Shown: positions 17,579-27,478 of the stretch, one piece after another
How positions within the stretch are numbered: position 1 is the first letter of the stretch
Layout of the letters: every line of letters begins with the position of its first letter
Assembly: GCA_016186765.1 (NCBI GenBank)
Contig: JACPLD010000001.1
Location: 42,560-106,559, forward strand
Reading direction: 5' to 3'
Origin: Candidatus Kaiserbacteria bacterium
GTDB lineage: Bacteria; Patescibacteriota; Minisyncoccia; Phycocordibacterales; UBA2100
DNA length: 64,000 nucleotides
Translations under genes and position numbers: made by a program
Notes under the pieces: generated by a model
What the model saw: only the letters and a program-made list of their open reading frames with translations
Database searches by the model: none
Told to the model about the DNA's origin: nothing

Positions 17579-18406
17579 ATGAATTTCTCCAAGCAGCAGG
17601 TTCTTGTTGCAGGATTGATCGTGTTGCTTGGCGCGCTCGTGTATGTTGCTGCCACGCAATTTGAGAGCGAACCGGTTGATTTTATTGCTTCGAGTGGTTC
17701 TCGAGGAAAGTGCAACGTCGGGGTTATATCGATAAATGGTCAGCTGGCCACGTACGACTCTCCCGAATCGATAGACTCGCTCCGCATAGCGCAGTCGGTT
17801 CGTGCGCTCGAGAAAGATGTTGGCAAGAAGGCGGCTGTGCTCCTCATCAACTCGTCTGGTGGCTCCGGTCCGGCCGCAGAAGAGATTGGAGATGCGGTAC
17901 AAGATCTCGGTATGCCGAGTGTCGCCTTTATTCGCGAGTATGCCCTCTCGGGCGGGTATTGGGTTGCTGCCTCGACCGACTATATCGTTGCGCTAACCAC
18001 ATCGCTGGTTGGGAATATCGGCGTCACCGGTTCGTACCTCGAAGAAACCGCGCACAACGAGAAAGAAGGATATGTGTATCGTGAGTTTACGTCGGGCGAA
18101 TATAAAGAGGCCGGAAACGTAAATGCGCGAATAAGTCCAAAACAAAGAGAGTTTTTACAAGGCAACGTCAACGATCTCTTTGCGATTTTTAAGGATGTCG
18201 TAAAAAAGTATCGTGGCATGACCGAGCAACAGATAGAGGATATTTCTGACGGTAAGTACTACGTTGCGGAAAAAGCATTGGCGCTCGGTCTTGTCGACGA
18301 AATAGGAGGAATAGAGGAGGTCAAAGCGTACCTCGCAACACGGCTTTCGGTATCTCCGGAAGACTTGCTTTTCTGTGAACCGGAGGAAATCAGCATTATT
18401 GAATAG
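17579..18406 (+). CDS. sppA: S49 family signal peptide peptidase SppA-like (36K type)
   Basis: N-terminal TM segment plus ClpP/crotonase-like fold with LINSSGGS..SGGYWVAAS serine motif. Confidence 0.65.
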   Translation: MNFSKQQVLVAGLIVLLGALVYVAATQFESEPVDFIASSGSRGKCNVGVISINGQLATYDSPESIDSLRIAQSVRALEKDVGKKAAVLLINSSGGSGPAAEEIGDAVQDLGMPSVAFIREYALSGGYWVAASTDYIVALTTSLVGNIGVTGSYLEETAHNEKEGYVYREFTSGEYKEAGNVNARISPKQREFLQGNVNDLFAIFKDVVKKYRGMTEQQIEDISDGKYYVAEKALALGLVDEIGGIEEVKAYLATRLSVSPEDLLFCEPEEISIIE

Positions 18407-18473
18407 ACTACTTGATGTTCGTTCAGTGCCCGCTTGTCTTGGTGTGTTCGGCGATAAGTGATAAGCTTCGAAA

Positions 18474-19682
18474 ATGGCTCAAAAGATGGTAAAAGCGCTC
18501 ACGTTTGATGCGAAAAAGGACGGGTGGGAGACAAGTAAGGGCTTTGTGATGCGCGAGGTTCCGATGCCGACCTTAGACGAAAAAAAGAATCCCGAAGACT
18601 CACTTGCTGTAATTCTCAAGATCAAATATGCGGGCGTGTGCGGGTCTGACAAAGGTTTGTGGTATCGCACGGCATTCCGCGACATGGTGCATGAGTCGCT
18701 TGCGCGCGAAAAAAAGACGCTTCGCATCAACGGTCACGAGTTTGTGGGCGAGATCGTGGAAGTGGGCTCGATAGTATCGCGCCTCTACTACGATCCCGAC
18801 GAGAACAACCCCGTGAAGATAGAGAAGGGAAGTCTGGTATCTGGCGACTCACACGTGACGTGCGGACGTTGCTATCAGTGCCGCATTGGGGAAGCTCATG
18901 TGTGTCTCAACGAAGCCATCCTTGGCATTTCTATCGATGGCATTTTTGCGGAGTACGTGAAGATCCCTGCAAAAAATCTCTGGGCAGTGGACGTGCGGCG
19001 TGTGCGGCCAGAGATCGCGGCGATCTACGATCCGTTCGGGAATGCCGTCCATGCGTGCACTGCGGTGGATTTCCGCGGACAGCGCGTCGCGATATTCGGC
19101 TGCGGCCCGATTGGCATGTTCGCGATACTTCTCGCAAGGAATTTTGGCGCAGCGAAAGTAATCGCTATCGATGTAAATCCTGCGAATCTAAAAATAGCTA
19201 AAGAATTGGGGGCGCATGAGACGATCGTGATTTCAAAAAAGAAAAAGCAGCATGAGTGGCAACAAGACAAGGAAGCCGTGAATCGCGTCATGGAGCTCAC
19301 CTATGGCAAGGGCGTCGATATTTCGATGGAGATGGCAGGGCCGCCTTCCTCTCTCAACAACTGCATCATTAGCACGCGGCGCGGAGGGCACGTCATCGCG
19401 TTTGGCATCAAAGATGGCGATATGACGATTTCGAATTTTTCCCGCACCGTCATTGTACGTGGGCTTACGCTTCACGGCATCATCGGCCGGCGCATCTTCG
19501 GCACGTGGCAGATCGCCCAGCGCGTTCTCTCCGACAAAACGAACGGCATTCAAGACACGATATGGAATATTATTCTAAAGTGCGGTAAAGGCACCATCCT
19601 CGACTTCAAAAAATTCACGCCCGAACGTTTCGAAAAGGCAATGAATGAACATCCCAAGGTTATTTTCAAAATCAACGGCTAG
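18474..19682 (+). CDS. tdh: zinc-dependent alcohol dehydrogenase family, probable L-threonine 3-dehydrogenase
   Basis: GVCGSD, GHEFVGEIVEVG and CGRCYQC zinc motifs; Rossmann GCGPIGM. Directly followed by a Kbl homologue (the tdh-kbl pairing is well established). Confidence 0.6.
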   Translation: MAQKMVKALTFDAKKDGWETSKGFVMREVPMPTLDEKKNPEDSLAVILKIKYAGVCGSDKGLWYRTAFRDMVHESLAREKKTLRINGHEFVGEIVEVGSIVSRLYYDPDENNPVKIEKGSLVSGDSHVTCGRCYQCRIGEAHVCLNEAILGISIDGIFAEYVKIPAKNLWAVDVRRVRPEIAAIYDPFGNAVHACTAVDFRGQRVAIFGCGPIGMFAILLARNFGAAKVIAIDVNPANLKIAKELGAHETIVISKKKKQHEWQQDKEAVNRVMELTYGKGVDISMEMAGPPSSLNNCIISTRRGGHVIAFGIKDGDMTISNFSRTVIVRGLTLHGIIGRRIFGTWQIAQRVLSDKTNGIQDTIWNIILKCGKGTILDFKKFTPERFEKAMNEHPKVIFKING

Positions 19683-19685
19683 GGT

Positions 19686-20870
19686 ATGTACAAGAGTTTG
19701 CAGCCCATCCTAGAAAGTGAGCTCGACGCGGCGAAGAAGGATGGGACATACAAAGAGGAACGGGTTTTGGAATCACCGCAGGGGCGGGAAATCACCGTGC
19801 AAGGGAAGAAGGTTCTCAATTTTTGCGCGAACAATTACCTCGGACTTTCCGGGACGGACATAATGGAAAAAGCATCGGAAGAGGCGGTCAAAAAGTGGGG
19901 GTACGGCCTTGCATCAGTGCGATTCATCTGCGGCACGCAGACAGTGCATAAGGACCTTGAGCGCGCTGTCGCAGAGCTCGTGGGAACAGAAGATGCCGTC
20001 TTATATTCTTCGTGCTTCATGGCCAACGTCGGCCTCTTCCAGACGTTCTTCGGCGAACAGGATGCAATTATCAGCGATGAATTGAACCATGCTTCCATCA
20101 TCGACGCGATCCGGCTCTCGAAAGCGGAGCTGCATGTCTTCAAGCACATGGATATGGCGGACTTAGAGCAGAAGCTCCAAGAAACAAGAAACAAGAGACT
20201 CAAGGTCATTGCGACAGATGGCGTCTTCAGCATGGACGGCGATATTGCGCCGCTAAAAGAGATTTGCGATTTGGCGGAGAAATATAATGCGCTCGTGATG
20301 GTAGATGACGCGCATGCCGTCGGCGTGATGGGGGAAAATGGCAGTGGAACGCCAGAACATTGCGATGTAATCGGGCGCGTTGATTTCATTACGGGAACAT
20401 TCGGGAAAGCACTCGGCGGTGCGGGAGGTGCGTTTACCGCGACACACAAGGAGGCGGCGGATTATCTGCGCAATCGCTCACGCACCTACCTCTTCTCGAA
20501 TTCGCTTGATACGGCGGTGACAGGAGCGTCGCTCTGGCTCATCGGCTACCTCAAATCACATCCCGAATACCGTGAACGGCTTTGGGAAAATACGCGGCTC
20601 TTTCGCGAGCTGATGAAAAAGAACGGGTTTACGGTTTCTGATGCGCAGCACCCCATAACGCCGATAATGCTCGGCGATGAGAAGAAGGCGGTGGACATGG
20701 CGAAAGCCTTGTTCGACGAAGGTATTTATGTGATTGGCTTTGCGTACCCTGTCGTGCCGAAAGGCAAAGCGCGCATCCGCGTTCAGGTCTCCGCCGCGCA
20801 CACGAAGGCAGATATAGAAAAGGCTGTCGAAAAATTTGCTTTCGTGGGCAGGAAGTTTAGAGTCGTGTAG
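19686..20870 (+). CDS. kbl: 2-amino-3-ketobutyrate CoA ligase (glycine C-acetyltransferase), PLP-dependent
   Basis: Alpha-oxoamine synthase family layout (NNYLGLS, GTFGKALGGAGG), 394 aa, adjacent to tdh. Confidence 0.65.
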   Translation: MYKSLQPILESELDAAKKDGTYKEERVLESPQGREITVQGKKVLNFCANNYLGLSGTDIMEKASEEAVKKWGYGLASVRFICGTQTVHKDLERAVAELVGTEDAVLYSSCFMANVGLFQTFFGEQDAIISDELNHASIIDAIRLSKAELHVFKHMDMADLEQKLQETRNKRLKVIATDGVFSMDGDIAPLKEICDLAEKYNALVMVDDAHAVGVMGENGSGTPEHCDVIGRVDFITGTFGKALGGAGGAFTATHKEAADYLRNRSRTYLFSNSLDTAVTGASLWLIGYLKSHPEYRERLWENTRLFRELMKKNGFTVSDAQHPITPIMLGDEKKAVDMAKALFDEGIYVIGFAYPVVPKGKARIRVQVSAAHTKADIEKAVEKFAFVGRKFRVV

Positions 20871-20956
20871 CATCACATTGACAGCGTGTACCGTTCGCAA
20901 TACAAAGGTCACAGGCTGCTCACAGCCTCGTTGATGTTCCAAGAAGGAGTCACGCG

Positions 20957-21283
20957 ATGAGAAGGCCATGCCTGCCCATTAAGAAAGGGGATACGGGACC
21001 TCACATTCAAGTGCTTCAGGGACTCCTCCTCGCGCTTGGATGCACTGTCCCACCGATCTTGCGAGGGAGGTTTGCAGTAAACACCGAAGATGGCGTTAAG
21101 GAGCTGCAAGGGATGCTTGGGTTGGAGCCTACAGGAATATTTGACGACGAGCTTCACCGTGCCTTGGAGGAGCGCGGGATCAACTATTCAAGAATGGTCG
21201 AGTTCGCTCGGATTCGTGCTCCGTACTACGTCGGCGTCTTGCCGGTAGACATCGCGGAGCCCAACTCAAGAAACGTGAAATGA
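20957..21283 (+). CDS. putative peptidoglycan-binding domain protein
   Basis: IKKGDTGPHIQVLQGLL..VNTEDGVKELQGMLGLEPTGIFDDELHRALEE resembles PG_binding_1; candidate -35 TTGACA/-10 TACAAA and RBS AAGGAG upstream. Confidence 0.5.
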   Translation: MRRPCLPIKKGDTGPHIQVLQGLLLALGCTVPPILRGRFAVNTEDGVKELQGMLGLEPTGIFDDELHRALEERGINYSRMVEFARIRAPYYVGVLPVDIAEPNSRNVK

Positions 21284-21290
21284 CGAATAA

Positions 21291-21330
21291 GCCGCGGGCG
21301 AGCATCATGCTTGCCCGCGGCAAAAATTTT
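21291..21330 (+). terminator. terminator-like hairpin (GCCGCGGGC..GCCCGCGGC stem) followed by AAAAATTTT
   Basis: 9-bp GC stem with a palindromic loop, 8 nt after the stop of the PG-binding gene. Confidence 0.45.
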
Positions 21331-21430
21331 AATACGGACGCTGTTTTTTCAGATCATCCGAATACTTTCCTTGAGTAGCCAACGAGTTCATTTTTGAACG
21401 AAAGAGGAGGACAGGAAGGATGGTGACAGA

Positions 21431-21700
21431 TTATTTATATGCGCTGCCGCGGTAGTCTATGGTGTCGACGAATACGTCTCGTGCATGAAAGTTTATCGAA
21501 AAGATAATGCGGATCTTGCCCTTTCGGATACGGTAGAAACCTTTCCATTTCCCAGAAAGTCTCTTGATATCGATTGCGATGTTCTCTCCCGACAGTTTCC
21601 TGGCAGCGCGGCTCAACGGTTCGACAACAAAATTTTCAGACAGATGTTGCTTATCGAGAAACCGTTGCGCCTGGTCTGATAGTCCAATCTGCCAGTCCAC
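21431..21700 (-). CDS. type II toxin, RelE/ParE family
   Basis: C-terminal KIRIIFSIN..VFVDTIDYRGSAYK typical of RelE/ParE; GTG start at 21700, 8 nt after the antitoxin stop; ~89 aa. Confidence 0.6.
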   Translation of the reverse strand: MDWQIGLSDQAQRFLDKQHLSENFVVEPLSRAARKLSGENIAIDIKRLSGKWKGFYRIRKGKIRIIFSINFHARDVFVDTIDYRGSAYK

Positions 21701-21707
21701 AGAAGTG

Positions 21708-21899
21708 TTAGAATCGTGCACGGATCGTCTGTACGACCCTCCGAGACGGCTTTTTGTACGCTTTTTCAATAGCTCGCTGTTCTTTTGTGGATACGAGTGG
21801 CAACAGAGATGCACGAATGCGCATCATTTCGGCCTCTACGGCCTCTTGCACACTTTTACGAGCTAGTCTCTTTATTTCACTTTTTAGTGCAGTGGTCAT
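21708..21899 (-). CDS. putative antitoxin (small DNA-binding protein) paired with the RelE-like toxin
   Basis: 63-aa ORF immediately upstream and co-oriented; antitoxin-upstream, toxin-downstream organisation. Confidence 0.5.
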   Translation of the reverse strand: MTTALKSEIKRLARKSVQEAVEAEMMRIRASLLPLVSTKEQRAIEKAYKKPSRRVVQTIRARF

Positions 21900-22041
21900 G
21901 CAGTAAGCATATCATAAGTTCAAAAGTTCACCGAAGTCGGCAAGAAGTTTGGGGTTGTCTAGTTGTATTCCGAAAGGATAATCGAGCATCGGGTGTTCAC
22001 AATCGCGCATTGTAGCCTCCCGCGATGCGGGTGATACTGCG

Positions 22042-23100
22042 GTGATGAGGTGGTCGTCAAAGAACCTCTTGGTTGGCGCGATGCTAGCCGGGTCTCTACT
22101 GTTTGCTTCTTCGCTTGCTTCAGCGCAGGAAACGACCAAGGCAAAAACAAAAACACTACAACTGCAGCCGATTCCTTGCACACCCGGGAAAGGTCCGCGA
22201 GCTGGCGTCTCACCGATGATGGTTTGTGCCAGGGGCGTATCCATCAAAGAGGTGGGAAAGGACGTAAAGACAAATAGCGTTGTGCGAATCGAGACTGACG
22301 GACAGATTGAAGTGTGCAGTGATCCGGTCGCTCTAGACCTGAACTGTAAGCCAAAACACAATGGAAAAATCGCACTCTGTGGGCTTTCTCTGGACGGGAC
22401 GTGCAGCATATTCGAAAAAGACGAAGATACGTCAGTGAATTTCGAGGCACTCGCAAAGGCTGCCGCAGACCCCGAGGCTGTCAAGGATTTCGTCGTAGAC
22501 GCCAAGGCGGCTGCTCTTGCAGAGCGGATGCGTTACGAACTCGCGCGGGGTTCCGGGAATGGTGCGACGAGCGCTTCATTCGACGATCCATGGGGAGTAC
22601 TGGAGAGTATGGAAGGGGAGATTCAGAATGCCGGGCGACGGATTGTGACGCTTCCAGCTGATCGGATTTCCGATCTTATCCACGGTAACGACCTATCTTC
22701 TGCTGCGCGAAAGCTGGTCGAAGCATCTGGGCAAGGAGGGGTACCCCTGCCTCTCAATCCAGTCCTGGAAGCAGCCCCTCCCGTACGTTATGCTTCCGAA
22801 CCCCTCGCGGAGTATTTCACTGATAGCGGTTCAGCTATTACATTGTATCAATCTCCGACAATCCTGAACAAGGATTTCCTGCGTGATGTGCCACTGCCTC
22901 CTTCTGAGGGAGCACTGTATCCACCATTGCCACGGAATTACGGGGATTCTACCTTTGTTCCGCCCCTGGTGCCTACAGTGCCAATCGTGCCTGCAGTTCG
23001 CTCGCCTGAGTTCATACAGATTGCACAAAAACCGAGCTGGAAATGGCCTCAGCCGCTGTTGGACATGGCAACAAAGGTAAAAGCCCTGCTACGAATTTGA
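22042..23100 (+). CDS. hypothetical secreted protein with Sec signal peptide
   Basis: MMRWSSKNLLVGAMLAGSLLFASSLASA-QE signal peptide with AXA site; proline-rich C-terminal region. Confidence 0.55.
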   Translation: MMRWSSKNLLVGAMLAGSLLFASSLASAQETTKAKTKTLQLQPIPCTPGKGPRAGVSPMMVCARGVSIKEVGKDVKTNSVVRIETDGQIEVCSDPVALDLNCKPKHNGKIALCGLSLDGTCSIFEKDEDTSVNFEALAKAAADPEAVKDFVVDAKAAALAERMRYELARGSGNGATSASFDDPWGVLESMEGEIQNAGRRIVTLPADRISDLIHGNDLSSAARKLVEASGQGGVPLPLNPVLEAAPPVRYASEPLAEYFTDSGSAITLYQSPTILNKDFLRDVPLPPSEGALYPPLPRNYGDSTFVPPLVPTVPIVPAVRSPEFIQIAQKPSWKWPQPLLDMATKVKALLRI

Positions 23101-23117
23101 GATGTCCAGAGTAGACC

Positions 23118-24146
23118 TTAGTACGGACGGTCTTTTTCCATTTCATCGGAGTACTTGCCTTGCGTGGCAAGCGCATTCATCTTGGAGCGGAAAAGGAGGG
23201 TGTCTTGAGCGGCTTTCACATTAGCTGCGGGATTCTCGGCCCACTTTTTGAGCACAGGATTCTGAATGGCACGAGAGTAGGAGAAGGAGAGAGGCCACGG
23301 TTGCTTACCGGATTGATTCATTTTGTTGAGGTGCGCAGTCGCCTGCTCGTCGCCTTGTCCTCCCGAGAGGAAGACGACACCGGCGAGATTTTTTGGTACG
23401 GTCGCGTTTAAGACGCGTAGCGTTGCCTCGGCAACTTCTTCCACAGAGGATTGCTTCGGAGACTTTTTACCGGCAATGACCATGCTTGCTTTCAAAATCG
23501 TCCCTTCGGGAGCAACGCCTTCCCGGTTAAGCTCCTCAAAGACTTCCTCGAGCGTCGTTTCGGTGACCTCGTAACAGCGTTCGATAGTATGGTCACCATC
23601 GATAAGCACCTCCGGCTCAACTATTGGAACAATATCTGTTTCTTGGCAAAGCGCTGCGTAGCGAGCCAAGGCGTGGGCGTTTGCAAAGATGCATGCCTCG
23701 GACGGAATATTTTCGCCGATGGTGATGACGGCACGCCACTTTGCGAATTTTGCACCGAAGCCCTTGTATTCCGCGAGCCGCTCACGAAGCCCATCCAAAC
23801 CCTCGGTGACCTTTTCGTCAGGATGGAGCGCGAGATCCTTTGCACCTGCGTCTACCTTTATCCCCGGGAGAATTCCCTTCTTCGAGAGAATCTCCGATAC
23901 AGCAGTTCCATCACTTCCTTTCTGACGGATGGTTTCGTCATAGAGAATGACACCGCTGACGAATTGTTCAAGACTGGGAGTTTCGAACATCATCGTCCGG
24001 TACAAGCGTCGATTCTCTTCAGTGCACTCCACTCCGACGGCGTCGAACCGCTTCTTGCAGGTGCCTGAGCTCTCATCCGCGGCAATAATTCCTTTCCCGG
24101 GAGCAACCATCTGTTTCGCAATTTTTTTCAAAACATCGAGATTCAT
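23118..24146 (-). CDS. fba: fructose-bisphosphate aldolase, class I
   Basis: GKGIIAADESSGT, GILPGIKVD and LSGGQ motifs of class I aldolase, 342 aa. Confidence 0.85.
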   Translation of the reverse strand: MNLDVLKKIAKQMVAPGKGIIAADESSGTCKKRFDAVGVECTEENRRLYRTMMFETPSLEQFVSGVILYDETIRQKGSDGTAVSEILSKKGILPGIKVDAGAKDLALHPDEKVTEGLDGLRERLAEYKGFGAKFAKWRAVITIGENIPSEACIFANAHALARYAALCQETDIVPIVEPEVLIDGDHTIERCYEVTETTLEEVFEELNREGVAPEGTILKASMVIAGKKSPKQSSVEEVAEATLRVLNATVPKNLAGVVFLSGGQGDEQATAHLNKMNQSGKQPWPLSFSYSRAIQNPVLKKWAENPAANVKAAQDTLLFRSKMNALATQGKYSDEMEKDRPY

Positions 24147-24150
24147 AATT

Positions 24151-24170
24151 CCCTAGTGGCTAGTGGCTAA
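24151..24170. promoter_or_regulatory. family-1 promoter-proximal motif (CCCTAGTGGCTAGTGGCTAA; reads TTAGCCACTAGCCACTAGGG in the fba sense)
   Basis: Same motif family as 31061..31138, 35253..35302 and 55037..55115, all directly upstream of start codons in the gene's sense orientation. Confidence 0.5.
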
Positions 24171-24180
24171 TTCCTAATGA

Positions 24181-25143
24181 CTATGTACCGATGTGCCGCG
24201 TATTAATATACCGTATTGTCCTCGGATTCGAGGTCATCACGACCGAATGCGTATTTGTGTATGCCGCGCCGATCGTGACGCCTTTCACGAGAGGACCGGT
24301 CATGACCCCTGTGGCTGTGAAGCTCAAATCCTCGCCTTTCGCGAGGTCGTGCGAGCGAAACACCGTTGAAAAATCGACGATCCCGGCAGAGTTCAGCCGC
24401 GCGACGTGCTTCTCATCTTTCGGCTTCCAGCGGCAGAGTATCTCGCCGCCGAGGCACCGGAGCGCGGCTGCGCTGATAACGGCCTCAGCGCTTCCGCCGA
24501 TGCCCATAAGTATATCTACCGCCGAGCTTCCCTTGCATGTCGCGATCGCCATGGCAATATCGCCATCGGTAAAAAGCTGCACGCGCGCGCCTGTCGCGCG
24601 GACTTCGGCAATGAGAGCCTCGTGACGCGGTCGCTCGAGAATCGCCACCGTAATCTCCGAAATTTCCTTGCCGAGTGCTGAAGCTACCTTCCGCACGTTC
24701 TCTGAGGGCGTGAAATCAATGTCGATGACGGATGCTGCGCCGGGACCCACTGCAATCTTTTCCATGTATGAATCCGCAGCGCGGTATAGCGAGCCCTCGG
24801 GGCCTGTTGCGATGACCGAAATAGCATTTGTGCGCCCATACGCAACGGAGTTGGTACACTCGAGGGGATCAACCGCGATGTCAAAACGCGCTCCCGCGCC
24901 GCGACCAAGTTTCTCGCCAATGTAGAGCTCAGCGGCCTCGTCTTTGGCTCCTTCACCAATGACGATCTCGCCCCGAAAATCGATGGTGTTGAAGTACTCG
25001 CGCATCGCGTCCACCGCCGCCTGGTCGGCGGCCTTGCCGTCGCCTTTGCCGATCCATCGCGACGCCGCGATGGCGCCGACTTCTGTTACGCGCACGAACT
25101 CAAGTGCGACGTTTGCAAACACCGAGCCATTTTTTTCCGCCAT
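24181..25143 (-). CDS. glpX: fructose-1,6-bisphosphatase class II (GlpX family)
   Basis: GlpX-like sequence along its whole length (VIGEGAKDEAAELYIGEKLG, DPLECT, DGDIAMAI). Confidence 0.8.
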   Translation of the reverse strand: MAEKNGSVFANVALEFVRVTEVGAIAASRWIGKGDGKAADQAAVDAMREYFNTIDFRGEIVIGEGAKDEAAELYIGEKLGRGAGARFDIAVDPLECTNSVAYGRTNAISVIATGPEGSLYRAADSYMEKIAVGPGAASVIDIDFTPSENVRKVASALGKEISEITVAILERPRHEALIAEVRATGARVQLFTDGDIAMAIATCKGSSAVDILMGIGGSAEAVISAAALRCLGGEILCRWKPKDEKHVARLNSAGIVDFSTVFRSHDLAKGEDLSFTATGVMTGPLVKGVTIGAAYTNTHSVVMTSNPRTIRYINTRHIGT

Positions 25144-25336
25144 GGGTTCGACACATTATACACGTTTGCTCGAGCGTGTAAGGTAGGCGCAAACAGTCGT
25201 ATGCTATTGACAACGTCTTGAGTGCACGTATGATTCGCGGCGAATGTATGGTTCCAGTGCGCTGAGGGTTGTATAGACCGCAAGTGGCAGGGAAAGGGCG
25301 ATATACATCATTAGAGGAATACAACCCAACAATACA

Positions 25337-25645
25337 ATGGCTAAGAAGCTTTATGTCGGTGGTTTGCCCTACAGCACTACCGATGAAGAGTTGCGCGACG
25401 CGTTTGCGCAGGCCGGAGCTGTTTCGAGCGCCGTCGTCATCATGGACAAAATGAGTGGTCGTTCGAAGGGTTTCGGTTTCGTCGAATTTGCCAACGATGA
25501 CGACGCTACAAAGGCGATCGACATGTGGAACGGCAAAGATTTCGGCGGCCGGACCTTGACCGTGAACGAAGCTCGTCCGATGGAGCCCCGCCGCGATTCC
25601 CGCGGAGGTGGCGGCTACGGCGGTGGCAGGGGCGGCAGATGGTAA
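25337..25645 (+). CDS. RNA-binding protein with RRM domain and glycine-rich tail
   Basis: KLYVGGLPYSTTDEELRDAF (RNP2) and KGFGFVEF (RNP1); C-terminal GGGGYGGGRGG. Confidence 0.85.
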   Translation: MAKKLYVGGLPYSTTDEELRDAFAQAGAVSSAVVIMDKMSGRSKGFGFVEFANDDDATKAIDMWNGKDFGGRTLTVNEARPMEPRRDSRGGGGYGGGRGGRW

Positions 25646-25747
25646 AGACAGTGTCTTTTCGGCGCCTCGGCTCGGAAATGCATGAGCAAGACTCCTGCAT
25701 TTCCCTCGCTCTACGTTGCCGATAACAATTTGCGTCAGCGCGAATTT

Positions 25748-25788
25748 GGCAATGGCCGCGTCTCAAGACGCGGCCATTGCTTTTGTGT
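25748..25788 (+). terminator. intrinsic terminator (perfect 14-bp stem GCAATGGCCGCGTC-TCAA-GACGCGGCCATTGC plus TTTTGTGTC)
   Basis: Read directly; ~100 nt downstream of the RRM gene stop. Confidence 0.7.
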
Positions 25789-25962
25789 CGCTTTCGGCAG
25801 GCAGGCTATCCACACGGCGTGAGCGAATAAAGCTGTTCGTCGTCCATAATGGTGCGTATGGGTTTGCGCGTTGTGCCACTTCTCGGCTGGGGTATTGCGA
25901 TATACGCGGTGATGTTTCTGCTCGCATCCATATTTGCAACGTATAATTTTCAAGGAGTAACG

Positions 25963-26232
25963 ATGCGATTAGTTAGCCTTGCTGTACTTCTCACAACAGG
26001 AATCATCGCCGGCCACTCGCTCCCTGTGCATTCGTGGCGGGATATCCTCCCGTATTCGCTCTCGTGGGCTATCATTGCAGCAGTCATCGATGGGGTCATG
26101 CTCCTGCCACTTACCGGCTGGCAGGTGTATGCGAATTGGAGCGTGTGGCTCGGGTACGCGCTTGTTGTGATCGCGCCTCTGCTTGCGCACTATCCACGAT
26201 TCAACAGATTCAGCCTATCCCCCGGCGTGTGA
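25963..26232 (+). CDS. hypothetical small membrane protein
   Basis: RBS AAGGAG 7 nt upstream of ATG 25963, and a TATAAT box at 25942..25947; hydrophobic helices. Confidence 0.5.
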   Translation: MRLVSLAVLLTTGIIAGHSLPVHSWRDILPYSLSWAIIAAVIDGVMLLPLTGWQVYANWSVWLGYALVVIAPLLAHYPRFNRFSLSPGV

Positions 26233-26278
26233 ACCCCGTTGGAAAATCACGAACGCGTATTTCTTCTGTCATGCCTCT

Positions 26279-27472
26279 ATGAGCCTTTCTAACGGGGTGA
26301 ACGAATCAGCACTCCACGCGCACCGCTTTCTGCTTCGCACCGGGCTCTCGCTCGTACATGCATTTGCCTGGGTATTTATCTTTGAGTACTTTTACCTGCT
26401 TTCGACAAGCGTAGCGCGCGCGCTAGAGAGTGTAGTGCTTCTCTACGCCTTTGCACAATTTATAACGATCGTCACAACGCCAGTTTCAGCCGCCCATCTC
26501 GCAAAGGGGACGCGACGTTCTCTCGTCGTGGGCGCGCTCACTGCCGCATGCGCGTTCGTTGTGCTCGGTGCTTCATTCAGCGGGTTCTTCAATTCACCAG
26601 CGCTGTGGGGTCTCGCCCTCTTCGCAACACTGCTTGGCCTCTATCGAGCGCTCTACTTTGTACCGTACAAGCTCGTAAGTGCAGGGCCGAGCACTATCGC
26701 GCATGCACACACCTATTTCGAAGTGCTGCTCGCGCTCATGCCGCTCTTCGCCGGCCTCACCCTTGTTGGCACGCAATCTGCGCCAGCGCGGCTTCTATTC
26801 GGAGCAGGAGCAATCATCGTGCTTGCCTCGGTCATTGCGTATTTGATCCCCGACACGCGTGAGCGATTTTCATGGCCATACATATACACGTTCAAGCAGC
26901 TTTTTAGAAAGAAGAATCAGGAGCTCGTCTTGCAGTCGCTCTTAGAAGGTATGCAAGGCGCGGCGCTCTTTCTCATCTGGCCGCTCGCCATCTTTCTCAT
27001 CGTCGAGTGGTCATATGTCATGCTGGGAGTAGTCTTTAGCGTGACGCTGCTTGCGATCTTGCTCATGCGACGCTTCTATCTTTGGTTTTCTCATCGGATT
27101 AGTGTCCACGATTCACCGATCGTACACACGGTCGTTGCTGTTTCTGGATGGATCGCGAGACTTGCTGCGGGAACGCCAGTTGGCATCATCATCGCAGACG
27201 TGTACTCGTACTCAACGCTTCCCGAGCGCGGTACTCGCGTTGATCCGACGACCTTTGAGCACGTAAGCGACAGGGGTGCGTTTCTCGACGAATACACGGC
27301 ACTCAAAGAAATCGGACTCGCACTCGGACGAATCATGCTCTGCGTGCTCGTGTTCTTCCTTGCATTCGCATTTGTGCTTCCGGTCGTCCTTGCAATTGCG
27401 CTCTCGATTGCGGCCGTTGCCTCCGGGATCTCGGTCTTGGTTGCGCGACGCGGTCTTGCTCCTGCATACTAG
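26279..27472 (+). CDS. hypothetical polytopic membrane protein (transporter-like)
   Basis: ~10-12 hydrophobic segments; start taken at MSLSNGV. Confidence 0.5.
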   Translation: MSLSNGVNESALHAHRFLLRTGLSLVHAFAWVFIFEYFYLLSTSVARALESVVLLYAFAQFITIVTTPVSAAHLAKGTRRSLVVGALTAACAFVVLGASFSGFFNSPALWGLALFATLLGLYRALYFVPYKLVSAGPSTIAHAHTYFEVLLALMPLFAGLTLVGTQSAPARLLFGAGAIIVLASVIAYLIPDTRERFSWPYIYTFKQLFRKKNQELVLQSLLEGMQGAALFLIWPLAIFLIVEWSYVMLGVVFSVTLLAILLMRRFYLWFSHRISVHDSPIVHTVVAVSGWIARLAAGTPVGIIIADVYSYSTLPERGTRVDPTTFEHVSDRGAFLDEYTALKEIGLALGRIMLCVLVFFLAFAFVLPVVLAIALSIAAVASGISVLVARRGLAPAY

Positions 27473-27478
27473 CGGGCG

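Noticed and set aside
19835-20449. 204-aa minus-strand ORF inside kbl
   Set aside because: Antisense, low-complexity Ser/Ala/Pro-rich translation
21912-22505. 197-aa minus-strand ORF
   Set aside because: Low-complexity S/T/A-rich antisense translation overlapping the plus-strand ORF 22042..23100, which has a clean Sec signal peptide
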